From Albugo candida (taxonomy: Eukaryota), in NCBI GenBank assembly GCA_040437565.1, contig JBDOQK010000042.1, forward strand, positions 124,001 to 188,000: a stretch of DNA of 64,000 bases. The letters are read 5' to 3'. Under the pieces are notes generated by a model. The model was not told where the DNA came from and did not search any database. It saw nothing but the letters and a program-made list of their open reading frames with translations. A program made the translations under genes and the position numbers. The first letter of the stretch is position 1, and every line of letters starts with the position of its first letter. This document shows, in pieces, positions 23,687 through 34,717 of the stretch.

Positions 23687-24754
23687 ATGGGATCGTATCT
23701 CACTATTGTCAACGACACGCGAGACGATTGGCACTGTAAAGTGGCGTCCGATACAAAAGCCATCAAACTCACTTCGCTCGTATTTGGAGTCATCGGCCTA
23801 ATGGGCGGCATGTTAGCCGCATTTCGATACGTTGTGCCTTTATCCACAGCGTTAGTCGGTGGTAGTACAGTCACAATATTTGGAATATCTGCTGCGAATA
23901 TGATATCCACTTCGACAATGATGGCCAGCGATGCGATGGCAGTAGCGAGTCAGACGTCACAATTCGCTGTTGCCGCTTCCAAGGAATTAGATGCGAAATT
24001 CAGCGCGGAAAATTATGCGCTGATTCCCGCTGGAAACTCGCATCAGTACAAGAAGATGATGCTGTTGGCGTGGAGACAGGGAACGTGTATGCGCGCAGTG
24101 ATTTTGAATACAACCGCTGTGGAAGTACTAACGTTATTAATGCGACCCATTTTCAGTGCTGCGAGAGTGAAAGGTACGCGCGAGTATCGAATGTCATGGT
24201 GGTTAAGACAACATCCTCCGAGATCCAATTATATAATTGCAGCTATTCTTCAACCAAAAGTGCATTTAGTAAAGTCTCCGGTGGTCAATGCGCCTCTACC
24301 GGTTCCACCGATTGCGTCAGTACAGACAACAGCTCCTGTGAGTAAATATTCGGAAACAAATGGTACGGTCGAAGCGAAAATTGTGGAGAAGAGCATGGTC
24401 AAAAACGCTTCAATAGCAGATATATTGTCTCCTTCGCTGCGAATGAATATGTTTGGTACATTGGAGACGAAATCTCCAACACTTTCAGAGAGTAGCCATA
24501 CAGATGAAAATAAGACCGAGCAAATTACCAAAACGATATCATCTTCTCCCGCCATCAATTCTCCGCCCATATTGTCACCAGTTACCACATCAGAGCCCAA
24601 AATCGCCTCAGCTGCAACATTGTCACCTTCGCTTGTACCAAACGATTCCTTTAATCCGATACGACCAGTTGTCACTGCAGCTCCATACCCGATTTCCGTC
24701 TTCAAAGCGCCCGATTTACGAGAAGAAAATTTGAATTGGGACTTTGATAATTGA
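23687..24754 (+). CDS. Uncharacterised MGSYLTIVNDT-family protein with a hydrophobic Gly/Ala hairpin and a Pro/Thr/Ser tail (alternative start 23627)
   Basis: Collinear similarity to 42311-43081 (MGSYLTIVNDT, C-K..DT.AIK, W.Q..C.R, MRPIFS, W). Confidence 0.8.
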   Translation: MGSYLTIVNDTRDDWHCKVASDTKAIKLTSLVFGVIGLMGGMLAAFRYVVPLSTALVGGSTVTIFGISAANMISTSTMMASDAMAVASQTSQFAVAASKELDAKFSAENYALIPAGNSHQYKKMMLLAWRQGTCMRAVILNTTAVEVLTLLMRPIFSAARVKGTREYRMSWWLRQHPPRSNYIIAAILQPKVHLVKSPVVNAPLPVPPIASVQTTAPVSKYSETNGTVEAKIVEKSMVKNASIADILSPSLRMNMFGTLETKSPTLSESSHTDENKTEQITKTISSSPAINSPPILSPVTTSEPKIASAATLSPSLVPNDSFNPIRPVVTAAPYPISVFKAPDLREENLNWDFDN

Positions 24755-24813
24755 ATCGCTACACAAATATTTGCTTTTTTGAAACGCTGATGCTTTCTGC
24801 ATTGACTGATTGC

Positions 24814-25804
24814 TTAGAATTCGACAGAAGGACGAGATTTGCGTATGGCAGAAGTCTCCGATTGGAAGAATTCTTCAAAGTTCTGATGAGAGAGGTCGAA
24901 AGAATCGGTAGCCGATTCGACACGTGAGTCATTCAATTCGTTTACAGATACATCGGAGACGTACGAGGCCATTAAACCAATGCTTGATTCAAAAGACATT
25001 GGAGGTGCAAACACACTGTGATCTGATGCGAACGAGTCTGTGAGTTGTGTGCTTGCGAGACCATGCGATACCGAGTGAGCGGCTTGTAATCGGCGTTGTG
25101 AGAGTGCTGCTTGTTCGTATTGACTCAGGTCCATAGATGCAAATTTGTCTTTTTCTTTCATTGAGTACAAACGGAAGGCATCCTGTACCGTAATCGATGT
25201 GAGAGGTCTCAATTTATTTTCAGACTCATTTGGAGACTTTTCTGCTTCACGTGAGCGATATTTGAAAAAAGCCACGACGCCAATGAATGCGAAAAGACTC
25301 AGCAGACCGATGACAGCATACATAATGAATGATTGTCTCTGAGAGGAAAGGGAAGATGAAGATGGAGCCTTTTCGTTCATTGCCTCCTTCGCAGTTGTAT
25401 GGAGAGGCAAAGTTCTCTTTGAAGCATCTGAAACCGATTCATTCCAATCAGAGTCATGTTCTTGTCTGATGTTTGGCTTTGCACTGCCCGACTTTTCATA
25501 AAGTTGTGCATATACACTCGAGCAATCGACACCAATTGTGCAAGCGCCATTCAACGCTTCATGACACGACAGATCAGGCGTCACACACGGTGGACAGATT
25601 CCACTGGAAACCTCACATCCATCTTCACGATTCCCTTCAAGAAAACATGTTACGACTTGGCCGCATGTCTTTGTAGAGGTCACTACAAGGCATAATATAA
25701 TATAATTAGAATGTGCGATTCTCCAAAGAAGCGTTATATTATGTGTACGTACAGAGTCGGAAATGAGTACTCAGACTCCATAAGAGAAATAGTCCGACTG
25801 TCAT
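24814..25804 (-). CDS. Cys-rich type I membrane protein, paralogue of 17433-18258; exons 25804-25753 and 25682-24814
   Basis: A 70-nt GTACGT...GTAG intron gives MTVGLFLLWSLSTHFRLLTSTKTC. CPPCVT...C...CTIGVDC module, TM FIMYAVIGLLSLFAFIGVVAFF, Ser-rich tail ending SVEF. Confidence 0.8.
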
Positions 25805-26441
25805 GACGGCGAATACGTTTATCACAGTGGTGCGTGTTGATATGCAAAAGTCGTTTTAAAAATACGGTTTCCTTACATCAGATTGATCTGCGTCACTGCC
25901 ACCTCATTCTTCCAATGAGAAGGTGTATAAATGCTGTCTTTGTCTGTGTAAAGGCGTGTATAATAAGATGTTTTTATTATACGCTGTTTCTCTTAATCGA
26001 AAGGATTCGTCTCAGTTCATGGATTAGAATTATTTATAGGAAAGTTGTAAAGCAAGTGTCGACGACTCTCAGTGAGCGACGAGTTGAATCGTTGCAAAAT
26101 GCTGAGAACCTGTGTTTCTTCAAACTTGTTGCATACTGATAGCAAAGTCGATGTATCACAACACGATGTCGAGCAGAAAAGAAGTGAAAACAGGAAAAGT
26201 ATCATATTTAATACGTATGAGGAATTGGGACCTTCTTTGGCAGAGGCATTGAGGTACAAAGAAGTTTCGACGCCTTTGAAAATGCAAACTCTCAATTCGA
26301 CAGAATCGGCAGAGAANNNNNNNNNNNNNNNNNNNNNNNNNNNNNNNNNNNNNNNNNNNNNNNNNNNNNNNNNNNNNNNNNNNNNNNNNNNNNNNNNNNN
26401 NNNNNNNNNNNNNNNNGAGCGACGAGTTGAATCGTTGCAAA

Positions 26442-27443
26442 ATGCTGAGAACCTGTGTTTCTTCAAACTTGTTGCATACTGATAGCAAAGTCGATGTATC
26501 ACAACACGATGTCGAGCAGAAAAGAAGTGAAAACAGGAAAAGTATCATATTTAATACGTATGAGGAATTGGGACCTTCTTTGGCAGAGGCATTGAGGTAC
26601 AAAGAAGTTTCGACGCCTTTGAAAATGCAAACTCTCAATTCGACAGAATCGGCAGAGAATTTGGAACGATCGATTGAGTCTCAATCTCAATCTCAATCTC
26701 AATCTCAAGCAAGCGCATTAACACAACGCGACATTGCTGTTGGTGTCACTCGTTCCATTGTAATCGGTCGAATTCAGCAATCTTCCGTTGACATATTGTC
26801 TATTGTGGAGGATTTCTTCACACAACTGATTGCACAATTGAAATTGAATGCAACCGGATTCTGCTATCTTCAGGAGTCTACGTTTCTCGTGTATCTCGAG
26901 ACACCGCCCGATACATTTGCACGTGTTTGTCGCTCACTATCACAATTAACTGTTTGCTTCCCTCGTGTCGCAAAATATCTCGATTATGAAAGCATGCGAA
27001 TTCTGGGCTCTTGTGACGACAATCCACTACGACTCCTTCAAGAAATGAACTATCGTAAAGGTGCAAGCACTCGCACTCACAAACCTGACGACTCGACAAC
27101 ATCGAGTGATCAAGACAACAGACATTACATGCAAATTGCAGAAGCATTCATCAACGTGGTCAAATTTATACGATGGATGTCGAATTTCTCCAAGGTACGA
27201 ATTGTGTTTTGCATACATGAGCAGAGTTCAATGCTTTGTACATAGGAAGAGCGATGGAAATCTACGAACAAAAATCTGAGCATTGATCAAGCACTACTGC
27301 CTTCTGACTCGCTCATTGCATGGCTTTTGGAACAAGACGATCTTATGACACTTTCAGAGTTTATTCAAACATTCGATGAGCCGATTTCACATTGTTTCGA
27401 GTCAGAGCGTATTTGGCCACTTCCTACTTTGGTACCTTTCTGA
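26442..27443 (+). CDS. TEX47/C7orf62-like (BLUF-like fold) protein; exons 26442-27194 and 27246-27443
   Basis: NATGFCYLQESTFLVYLETP...MRILGSCDDNPLRL. After a 51-nt GTACGA...CATAG intron it continues LLPSD...EFIQTFDEP...ESERIWPLP, the characteristic TEX47 C-terminus. The 5' part is duplicated across the gap at 26074-26316. Confidence 0.7.
26679..26708 (+). repeat. (TCTCAA)5 coding microsatellite encoding SQSQSQSQSQ
   Basis: Direct reading of the sequence. Confidence 0.9.
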
Positions 27444-27702
27444 GTACGAAATGGACGAAATGAAGTTGTGTACAGAATGAATGTGAAATGTGGGAAGGAA
27501 TGAAGTCGTTGTTTGTCGTACGTGCGCCTCCTACGCAGTAGCCATCGATGTGTGACTGGAGTCCGAAATTGTATTACATGCTACGTAGGGCTTGCAAACA
27601 AATGCACTCGAAGAAGAAATAACAATATTTCTTTAACACTGGATACGAGCTATAAAGGGGATGATTACAGTTAGCATGTGAAGATAATGCTACAATGGAA
27701 GT

Positions 27703-28268
27703 AGCTGCATCGCTTGAAGAGACATCTTTTGAGCTGTATGTCGTCTGAATGTGACATTGACGATATAATAATGATTCTTACATTAGAATTGATAAGGAAA
27801 TGCCATAACGACGGCTTCCATGTCGTCTTTGAATCCATAATTTGTGCTTCTAAACGTGAGATGTATACATCGGTGTCCATTGTCCGTATAGTCGATAATC
27901 AAACACGTGAACAATTGTATGGTGCTGCGATATAAATGTTTGTGTTACCCTTTGTCCATCTGCCACCTGCTATCTGATTATGTAGACCCACACTCTTGAA
28001 TTCCAAGATTGATTACCGCTATTCCAATATTTTGTATCAGCCGGCATGCATCGGTACTGATACCAAAAGGTTTTTCCGTGAGAATTAGCTATCGAAGCTG
28101 GTAGTTATGAGAGTACATCACATCCAACTTCAAATATCAGTCCAAAGATTAAGAATTCACAATAGGTATAAAGCTGCTGTGATTCGTACCACAGGCCAAT
28201 TAGACATAGCATTAGCGAAAACTATTGTCACCAATGCTCAGCCTTGTCCGAAGAAGCCTTTTACATTG
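27703..28268 (+). repeat. Partner arm of the inverted duplication at 15883-16447
   Basis: Reverse-complement similarity over about 565 bp. Confidence 0.88.
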
Positions 28269-28409
28269 CTTGAAGCTGACCTGAGCATACCTTCAAAGCG
28301 TTCCGATGCCATTCTGAACCAGAAATGATAAGTTCTTGGTATCTTTCCTAAGTATCGAATGATCTAGCAGCTTTCTTGTATAGATTTAAAGAGTGAGTCT
28401 ACCAATTCA

Positions 28410-28907
28410 GGGACCGCTAACCAGCCCCCACCCTGTTTGATAAGGTACTGATTACGAGTTATGATTGGCTAAAAAGAATACCCTTATTTTTTGAATACAT
28501 ATATCTTCTAAGAAGCGGTTTTACAATATTGAGATTGGCTAGGTCTATATCTAAAGCTACTGCTGTAGGTGTTGCTGGTGCTGTTGGTGCTGCTTTGCAT
28601 TTGCTACCAATGACAGCAAGCTGGCCTTCACAAGCAAGACGAACTGCTGAATCCGTTTAGAGTAGATCACCTGCAATAAATGAATTGTCAGATAAATATA
28701 ACTTTTGCCAGCACAATTAGCATACAGCACAAATTACCTGTTGACGCAAAGATCCATCCTTTGAGAGCAGCATGGACGCTCACCACCCAAAATGTTAGTA
28801 CATGCCAAAATGGCGCTTATTGTTAACCAGCAAGTCGTCGTAGGTAGCTCATCGAAGCAGCGAAGGTGGCATGCATTTTGCTGGAAATCGGGTCTGATGA
28901 GTTTAAT
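28410..28907 (-). mobile_element. Truncated Mutator-like element (one TIR-like end plus a transposase fragment)
   Basis: GGGACCGCTAACCAGCCCCCACCCT at 28410 resembles the TIR at 12693. The minus strand encodes NNKRHFG...HAALKGWIFASTGNL, a MULE post-catalytic motif. It abuts LINE 3' ends at 28908. Confidence 0.6.
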
Positions 28908-29176
28908 AGTTGAAGGTGTCTATATTACTAGAACTAGACTAACTGACTTCTCTAGTTGCCTAGGCTATCTTAAATAACATATATTCATATAAAAAACGTT
29001 TCGTGAAATACCTGCGAGAGATGATAAGATGTCGTCTCGTTGATAATCCCGTATCGTAGTAGCTCCAGCATCCTTAAGTCGAAGGTGTCTATATTGCTAG
29101 AATTAGACTAACTGACTTCTCTAGTTGCCTAGGCTATCTTAAATAACATATATACATATAAAAAACCTTTCGTGAA
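28908..29176 (-). mobile_element. Two head-to-tail copies (~169-bp unit) of the LINE 3' terminus
   Basis: Units at about 28908-29076 and 29077-29176 (the second cut by the gap) match the reverse complement of 3850-3993 and the same strand as 63498-63670. Confidence 0.85.
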
Positions 29177-29276
29177 NNNNNNNNNNNNNNNNNNNNNNNN
29201 NNNNNNNNNNNNNNNNNNNNNNNNNNNNNNNNNNNNNNNNNNNNNNNNNNNNNNNNNNNNNNNNNNNNNNNNNNNN

Positions 29277-30925
29277 TGGACGCTAGCACCCTTCATTGTG
29301 TCGACATGTCGACTTGGACCATTGTTTTCGAGAGGAAAGAGTTGAAAAAAGTAGTTTTTCGAGTTGTTTTGTACTAACTTGGCGGGTTACGTAGTAGCCG
29401 GCAAATTGAGAAGTACACGCAAGCTTCAAGTAGGAAGGATCTCGCTGGATGCACACCTTTAGAAGATTTACTAGATAAATTGCCACCAAGTCCCCAACCA
29501 GAGTTACATTGTGTGGGAAGAAATGACACAAATCAATTGACTGTTCTTCTGATTCTCCCTAACTCGAACAAGTAGATTAGCGAGCATTTCTGTGCAAACA
29601 AAATCTTTATTTTAGACTGCAGATGCAAGACTAACTGTTTTAACTTGCCTATGATGCATGGTGTAGTGATTGCATCAAGCAAGGATTCTCTTACCCAATT
29701 TTATTGTTTCTTGACAGGAGAAAAAGAGCAGGATTATACTTGGGCATTGAATTTTATCCAGTCAATTTGTCGTATAACTACATTTGAAACTTAGTTTTTG
29801 TCACGGATCGAGAACTTGCGCTCATGAACGCCCTAGGGACTGTATTCCCTGCGAGCCCAAATTTGATCTGCAAATGGCACATCTGGACTTGTTTGGGTGC
29901 TAATATACAAAATAATCGAAATATTCTGGTGAGGGAAATCTGGGACGCGTATTCGTCAGATCGGAGGAAGCTAGTGGACTCACCCAACTTGAATAATTAC
30001 AGAAAAAATCTAGAAAAAATGGACGATGTATACTCACCACAGATCATGCACTATCTCGAACGAATATGGTTACCATATAAAGAGAAGGCTTTGCTGGTAT
30101 CTTTTTCATTATTATCAACCGGCTATCCTAACCAAACATAATTCATCATTTGTAGCTTGTTTCTGTATGGACCAACAATGTAAAGAACTTTGGTCAAAAT
30201 TCTCTCTCGCGAGAAGAAGAGATGCATGCAACATTTAAAAACTGCATCGGTAAAACTCAGGGATTTGCTTGTGTTTACAATAGGATCAGGCTTTCTTGTG
30301 CAAATCAATTCAAGACAATTTAGAATACCAATGTGATTTAATTCATCTGCGTGGACACAATGACATTCGGAAATCCAATGGGGCATTGCGTTCGACGGGA
30401 GATGTCAAATTATACATCGAGTATAGCCCGCGAACAGTTTCAATTATCCCACAACAACAATAGCGAATTACCAAGTACCACTTGCACCGGTGTACATCAG
30501 AAGATCCTAGGCATAACATGTAAACATAAATTCAATCAGATAATTCAGCACAACACTCAACTTGCAAAATAAGACTTTGACTCATAATGGTGGCTCGAGC
30601 AAGAAACCCTCATCAACCTATCCTTGCCGATCTACAACATTGATTTAGAAAGTCAGGAAATTTTTGACTTGCTAACTTTGGAGGTAACTCATCGACAATA
30701 TCAAATTTACAACTTAATTTGTGAGCAATTAAAAAAAACACAACAATTCAAGACCCCCCGACAATCAGGGAAGAGGCAGACCATCAGTTTCATTCAGCAC
30801 AAAGAGATCCTTCAGCTTTTCGATATGTCCAAGCAGAAAATCAAAGTTGGATTTCTAATACACAAATCTCAAATGCCGTATTTGTCAAGCAACAGGACAT
30901 AATCCAGGAGTTGTAGGTTGCGTCA
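29277..30925 (+). pseudogene. Decayed MULE (Mutator) transposase
   Basis: KTNCFNLPM, FLTGEKEQDYTWAL, FVTDRELALMNALGTVFP...ICKWHI, SWIM-like CTGVHQKILGITCKH, GRGRP...STKRDPSAF and zinc knuckle CRICQATGHN; multiple stops and frameshifts. Confidence 0.9.
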
Positions 30926-31769
30926 TGCATCAAGTTCATTTTTATTATCGCAGCGCTACATCAAACATTTGAGAAAGAAGGACATCCAAATACGTACTTG
31001 ACAAGCCTGTAACAATTTAGATGTGGGAAGTCATCGGGATGCTTGTAATGAATAAGTAAGCTCTCTACTATCATATAGGTCGTATTTCACTCGAAAGAAC
31101 AAAAATAGCCCCAAGTACATCATTTTCGCGCTGCCGAGAGTTGAATTAAGCCAATGTCGAGAAACGTATGCGGCAGAGTAAAACAGATCACTAACAACGT
31201 TGTCCAATGAAGCGGGAACAAATGATACCCTTAATCAATATTACACATTGACCCCAAGAATACCGGAGCATTTCCTGACTTCATAAATGACTCCGTGTAT
31301 AATTCCTTGCTATTTCATGCGACCACGAAAAAGTTGGTTGAATACGAGACAAATCTTTTCTCCTACGCTGAAACGGCAAAAGTAAAAGCACAATTCCCAG
31401 TGAAGTTATAATTGTTACTTCTAGCTAAATAGGGAGTTAGGATGGAATTGTCCGACATCTACCGAATTTGGAATCTATGCTCGTTCCAACTTTTGACAGC
31501 GTAGCAGATAAGGAACCTTGGAATTGTAAAACGTTTTAAAGGAATGAAAGCTTCTCATTCATTCAATGTTGAATATGAACTTGACCAGAAAGCGTCTATC
31601 GATGAGATGCTTTCGCGGTTGGGGTCCAAGAGGCACATTTTGTGGCCACCTCGATTGGCCTGATTATGACAGCTATGTGCACGAGTTTAATCCACTGCTT
31701 CCTGAATAGAGTTGAGATGGAGCTACATCGGTGCAAAATATCTAGTCGTTGTGAGTTCACTAGTATGGC

Positions 31770-32405
31770 CTCTAAGTTGTGTGCACACGCACATCGCTGA
31801 TGCGGTACATCGAGAAAGTCGCCGAAAGCATGCATCCTCTACCAAGCGACTGGAAGCTGGCTAGACGAATTGCAAAGTACCTTGAAGTAGACAAGGACTT
31901 TAAGTTTAGGCTTAAGCAGAAGGAAATTCCAGGAATCGCTACTGTAGAACCTACAATTAAAAGCGACGCTGATTTTGCTGGTAATGAAGCCGACTGATAA
32001 TCTATCGGTGGTGGAATATATCGAATGGGATGATTGTGGATGGATTGTCCGCAAGCAGTGACCCGTATCACCATCCACCATCGAAGCAAATCTGCTTCCA
32101 TCGCACACGCAGGAAAATAATTCTTGGGGTTCGGGACTGTCTTACTTACAAAATATAGACAAGGTAGTATTGCCAATTACTATGAAGATGGATAATGAAG
32201 CGGCAATTCATCAACAGGAAAATAAAAAAAAGTTGGATGCTTGCAAAGCACATTGAAATAAAGCTGAAATTCATTTAGGATTATGTTAAGAAAGGTCTCG
32301 TGAAAAGTGTCTTCATTCCGAGCGAAGCGATGGCGCTGACCTGCTAACGAAAGTCGTTAGCGCTGTTCTATTTCGAAGCTTGATGAAAGGGGTTTCGCTG
32401 TTTCA
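31770..32405 (+). mobile_element. Ty1/copia LTR retrotransposon RT-RNaseH remnant
   Basis: DWKLARRIAKYL, SDADFAGNEAD, RKQ..VSPSTIEA, MDNEAAI, AKHIEIKLKFI and ADLLTK, followed by a purine-rich tract at about 32405-32420. Confidence 0.85.
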
Positions 32406-32621
32406 GAGAAATGGTGAGAGAATCACGTGGAGAAGATGGTACGTACGAGCGTCGCCATAAGGTAGGCGTTTTGAAAAGCGATGTATCTTCGCTGAGTACA
32501 AAACACATCTGGCATCCAATCTAGCGACATAAACACGGCATAGATGGTACGTCAGGGACAGAATCGATTCATACCAGGTCAGACCACGCAAAAAGAGAGT
32601 TCTAGCAGATAAAAAAGTATA

Positions 32622-33550
32622 GGGTGTGACTATTGTAACAGGCGTTTTCACTATTGCCACATACAGAACCTCTGTTCAGCTACTTTGTGTAAAATGAGTA
32701 TGATTGGTCGATAAGGTGGCTATATTACTACTTAAACGTAAGATATGTAAAACCTTCCGCCCTATCTAACACGCAGCAATATTTAACGAGTTGCGCAATA
32801 ATAGCGGCTTCCAAGCAAAAATGGATTGAAAATACTCGGAAATTTTTTTATGTCAATGTTCAGAGCAAATTGCTGCAGTCACCAATAGGACTTGTTGGAA
32901 TTAAATATAGTTCTCGCAAGGCCATGGGAAATGCATTAAATGAATTAGCTGCCACCTAGAACTATGGGGTAGTAACAAAATCATCCTATAAGCAGCGTAA
33001 TGAACACTATAAGATCCATTACAAATGCGACTGAGGGGATTCATACCGCAATTTCAAAGCAATAATTAGAAGACGATATAACTCGACAGTATCGTCAATT
33101 GTCAATTCCGCCTGAAAAGCGAAAAGATGACCTGCATTGGAATTTTTAGAAACAACTGTTTCTTTGGAATTACTTCTATTTGATCTGGGTCTAGTTGAAG
33201 AGGATCACAACCATATGTCATCCACTCCCACAAGCACCCATCCTGTCCACCTCAGAGTTAATGGAAATACAATAGTTGGATTGTATGATGCTGGGTGTCA
33301 ACAAAAAACATCCAAAATGGATCGACGAGACGTAATTTATCATGTGGACTTACCGGAAAACCCAGAAAACCTTCATGCCGAGCTTTGGGTGAAGAAGGGC
33401 AGCGCTCGGACTTGCAAGAAAACCTCAAATAAGAAATCTGTTAACACATCTCACGTGGAAGCAGTAATGTAGCCCCCTTATCGACCAATCATATCAATGT
33501 TTCACAAATATGCCAATCAGAGATCTTTGTCTTTGGCAACAGTCGCAGCA
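32622..33550. mobile_element. Non-autonomous TIR element with ~90-bp degenerate inverted repeats
   Basis: 32650-32731 (...TATGATTGGTCGATAAGGTGGCTATATTACT) is the diverged reverse complement of 33461-33545; no TSD recognised. Confidence 0.65.
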
Positions 33551-33560
33551 ATAAGTATGA

Positions 33561-34717
33561 GGTAACCGTTGAAATCCCCTCAGTGCTTTTGGTAAAATCT
33601 TTTCAGTTTGATATGATTGGCTAATATAATGCTTGCATAGTGCTAACGTACGTCTAGGTAAGTGACAATATGATAACACTCTACTACTTTTAGACGTCAC
33701 CTATTTTGCGCTCAATTAGCAATCATTCTGTTGAGCCGCGTTTGCGTTTTTTCGTTTTGTGATCACTCTTCTTGGACTATTTTACACTTCACCAATTGCT
33801 CATAATATAAAAATATTCTATTCTGTAAACTGAGTCCTAATATTTCAGTTTACAGGTCATTCATGACACTGGAACCGTCTATTCTTCAAACTTGGTCTTG
33901 TGGGTCATGTTGTTGTACTTCCACATCTTCGCGAGTAGTGTCCTACCCTCTTTAAACGGTCACATCTTCTTTGCATGGGCGCATCCAATGCTGCTGCAGC
34001 GAGCTTAAATTTCGATGAATTTCTTTGCGTCGATAATGCAGATGATTGATCCTTCGGGTGATCCAGATGGCCTACCACGCACTTATCTGGTGCAAGAATA
34101 GCACTCCCCGCAGCCGGAGCGCCGATTATGATGTCCAACAAACGGCGTTTTCTGCGCGAAGAAGACTCAGTTGTATACGGTTCAGCTAACGCTTGTAACG
34201 CACTGGATATGATTGCCGCATTTGATGTACTGATCCTACCCATGCGTGCTGGCTGATGCAACCACCAATGCNNNNNNNNNNNNNNNNNNNNNNNNNNNNN
34301 NNNNNNNNNNNNNNNNNNNNNNNNNNNNNNNNNNNNNNNNNNNNNNNNNNNNNNNNNNNNNNNNNNNNNNNGATCCAGATGGCCTACCACGCACTTATCT
34401 GGTGCAAGAATAGCACTCCCCGCAGCCGGAGCGCCGATTATGATGTCCAACAAACGGCGTTTTCTGCGCGAAGAAGACTCAGTTGTATACGGTTCAGCTA
34501 ACGCTTGTAACGCACTGGATATGATTGCCGCATTTGATGTACTGATCCTACCCATGCGTGCTGGCTGATGCAACCACCAATGCTGATGGAAATCGGCCAT
34601 ACCTAGTGATTAAATACTTACCTTGTAAGCTTATCTCATTGTGACATCCGTCCAACTTTTCATATCAAACTGAGCGTTAGCCAATCATATCAAAATGAGG
34701 GGATTTAAAAGGTTCCC
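33561..34717 (-). mobile_element. Non-autonomous Mutator-like element with a transposase C-terminal relic
   Basis: Termini GGTAACCGTTGAAATCCCCTCA and (reverse complement) GGGAACCTTTTAAATCCCCTCA share TTTGATATGATTGGCTAA. Internal DFHQHWW...SKFKLAAAALDAPMQRRC...GHYSRRC is homologous to the relic in 12693-13364. Confidence 0.7.
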
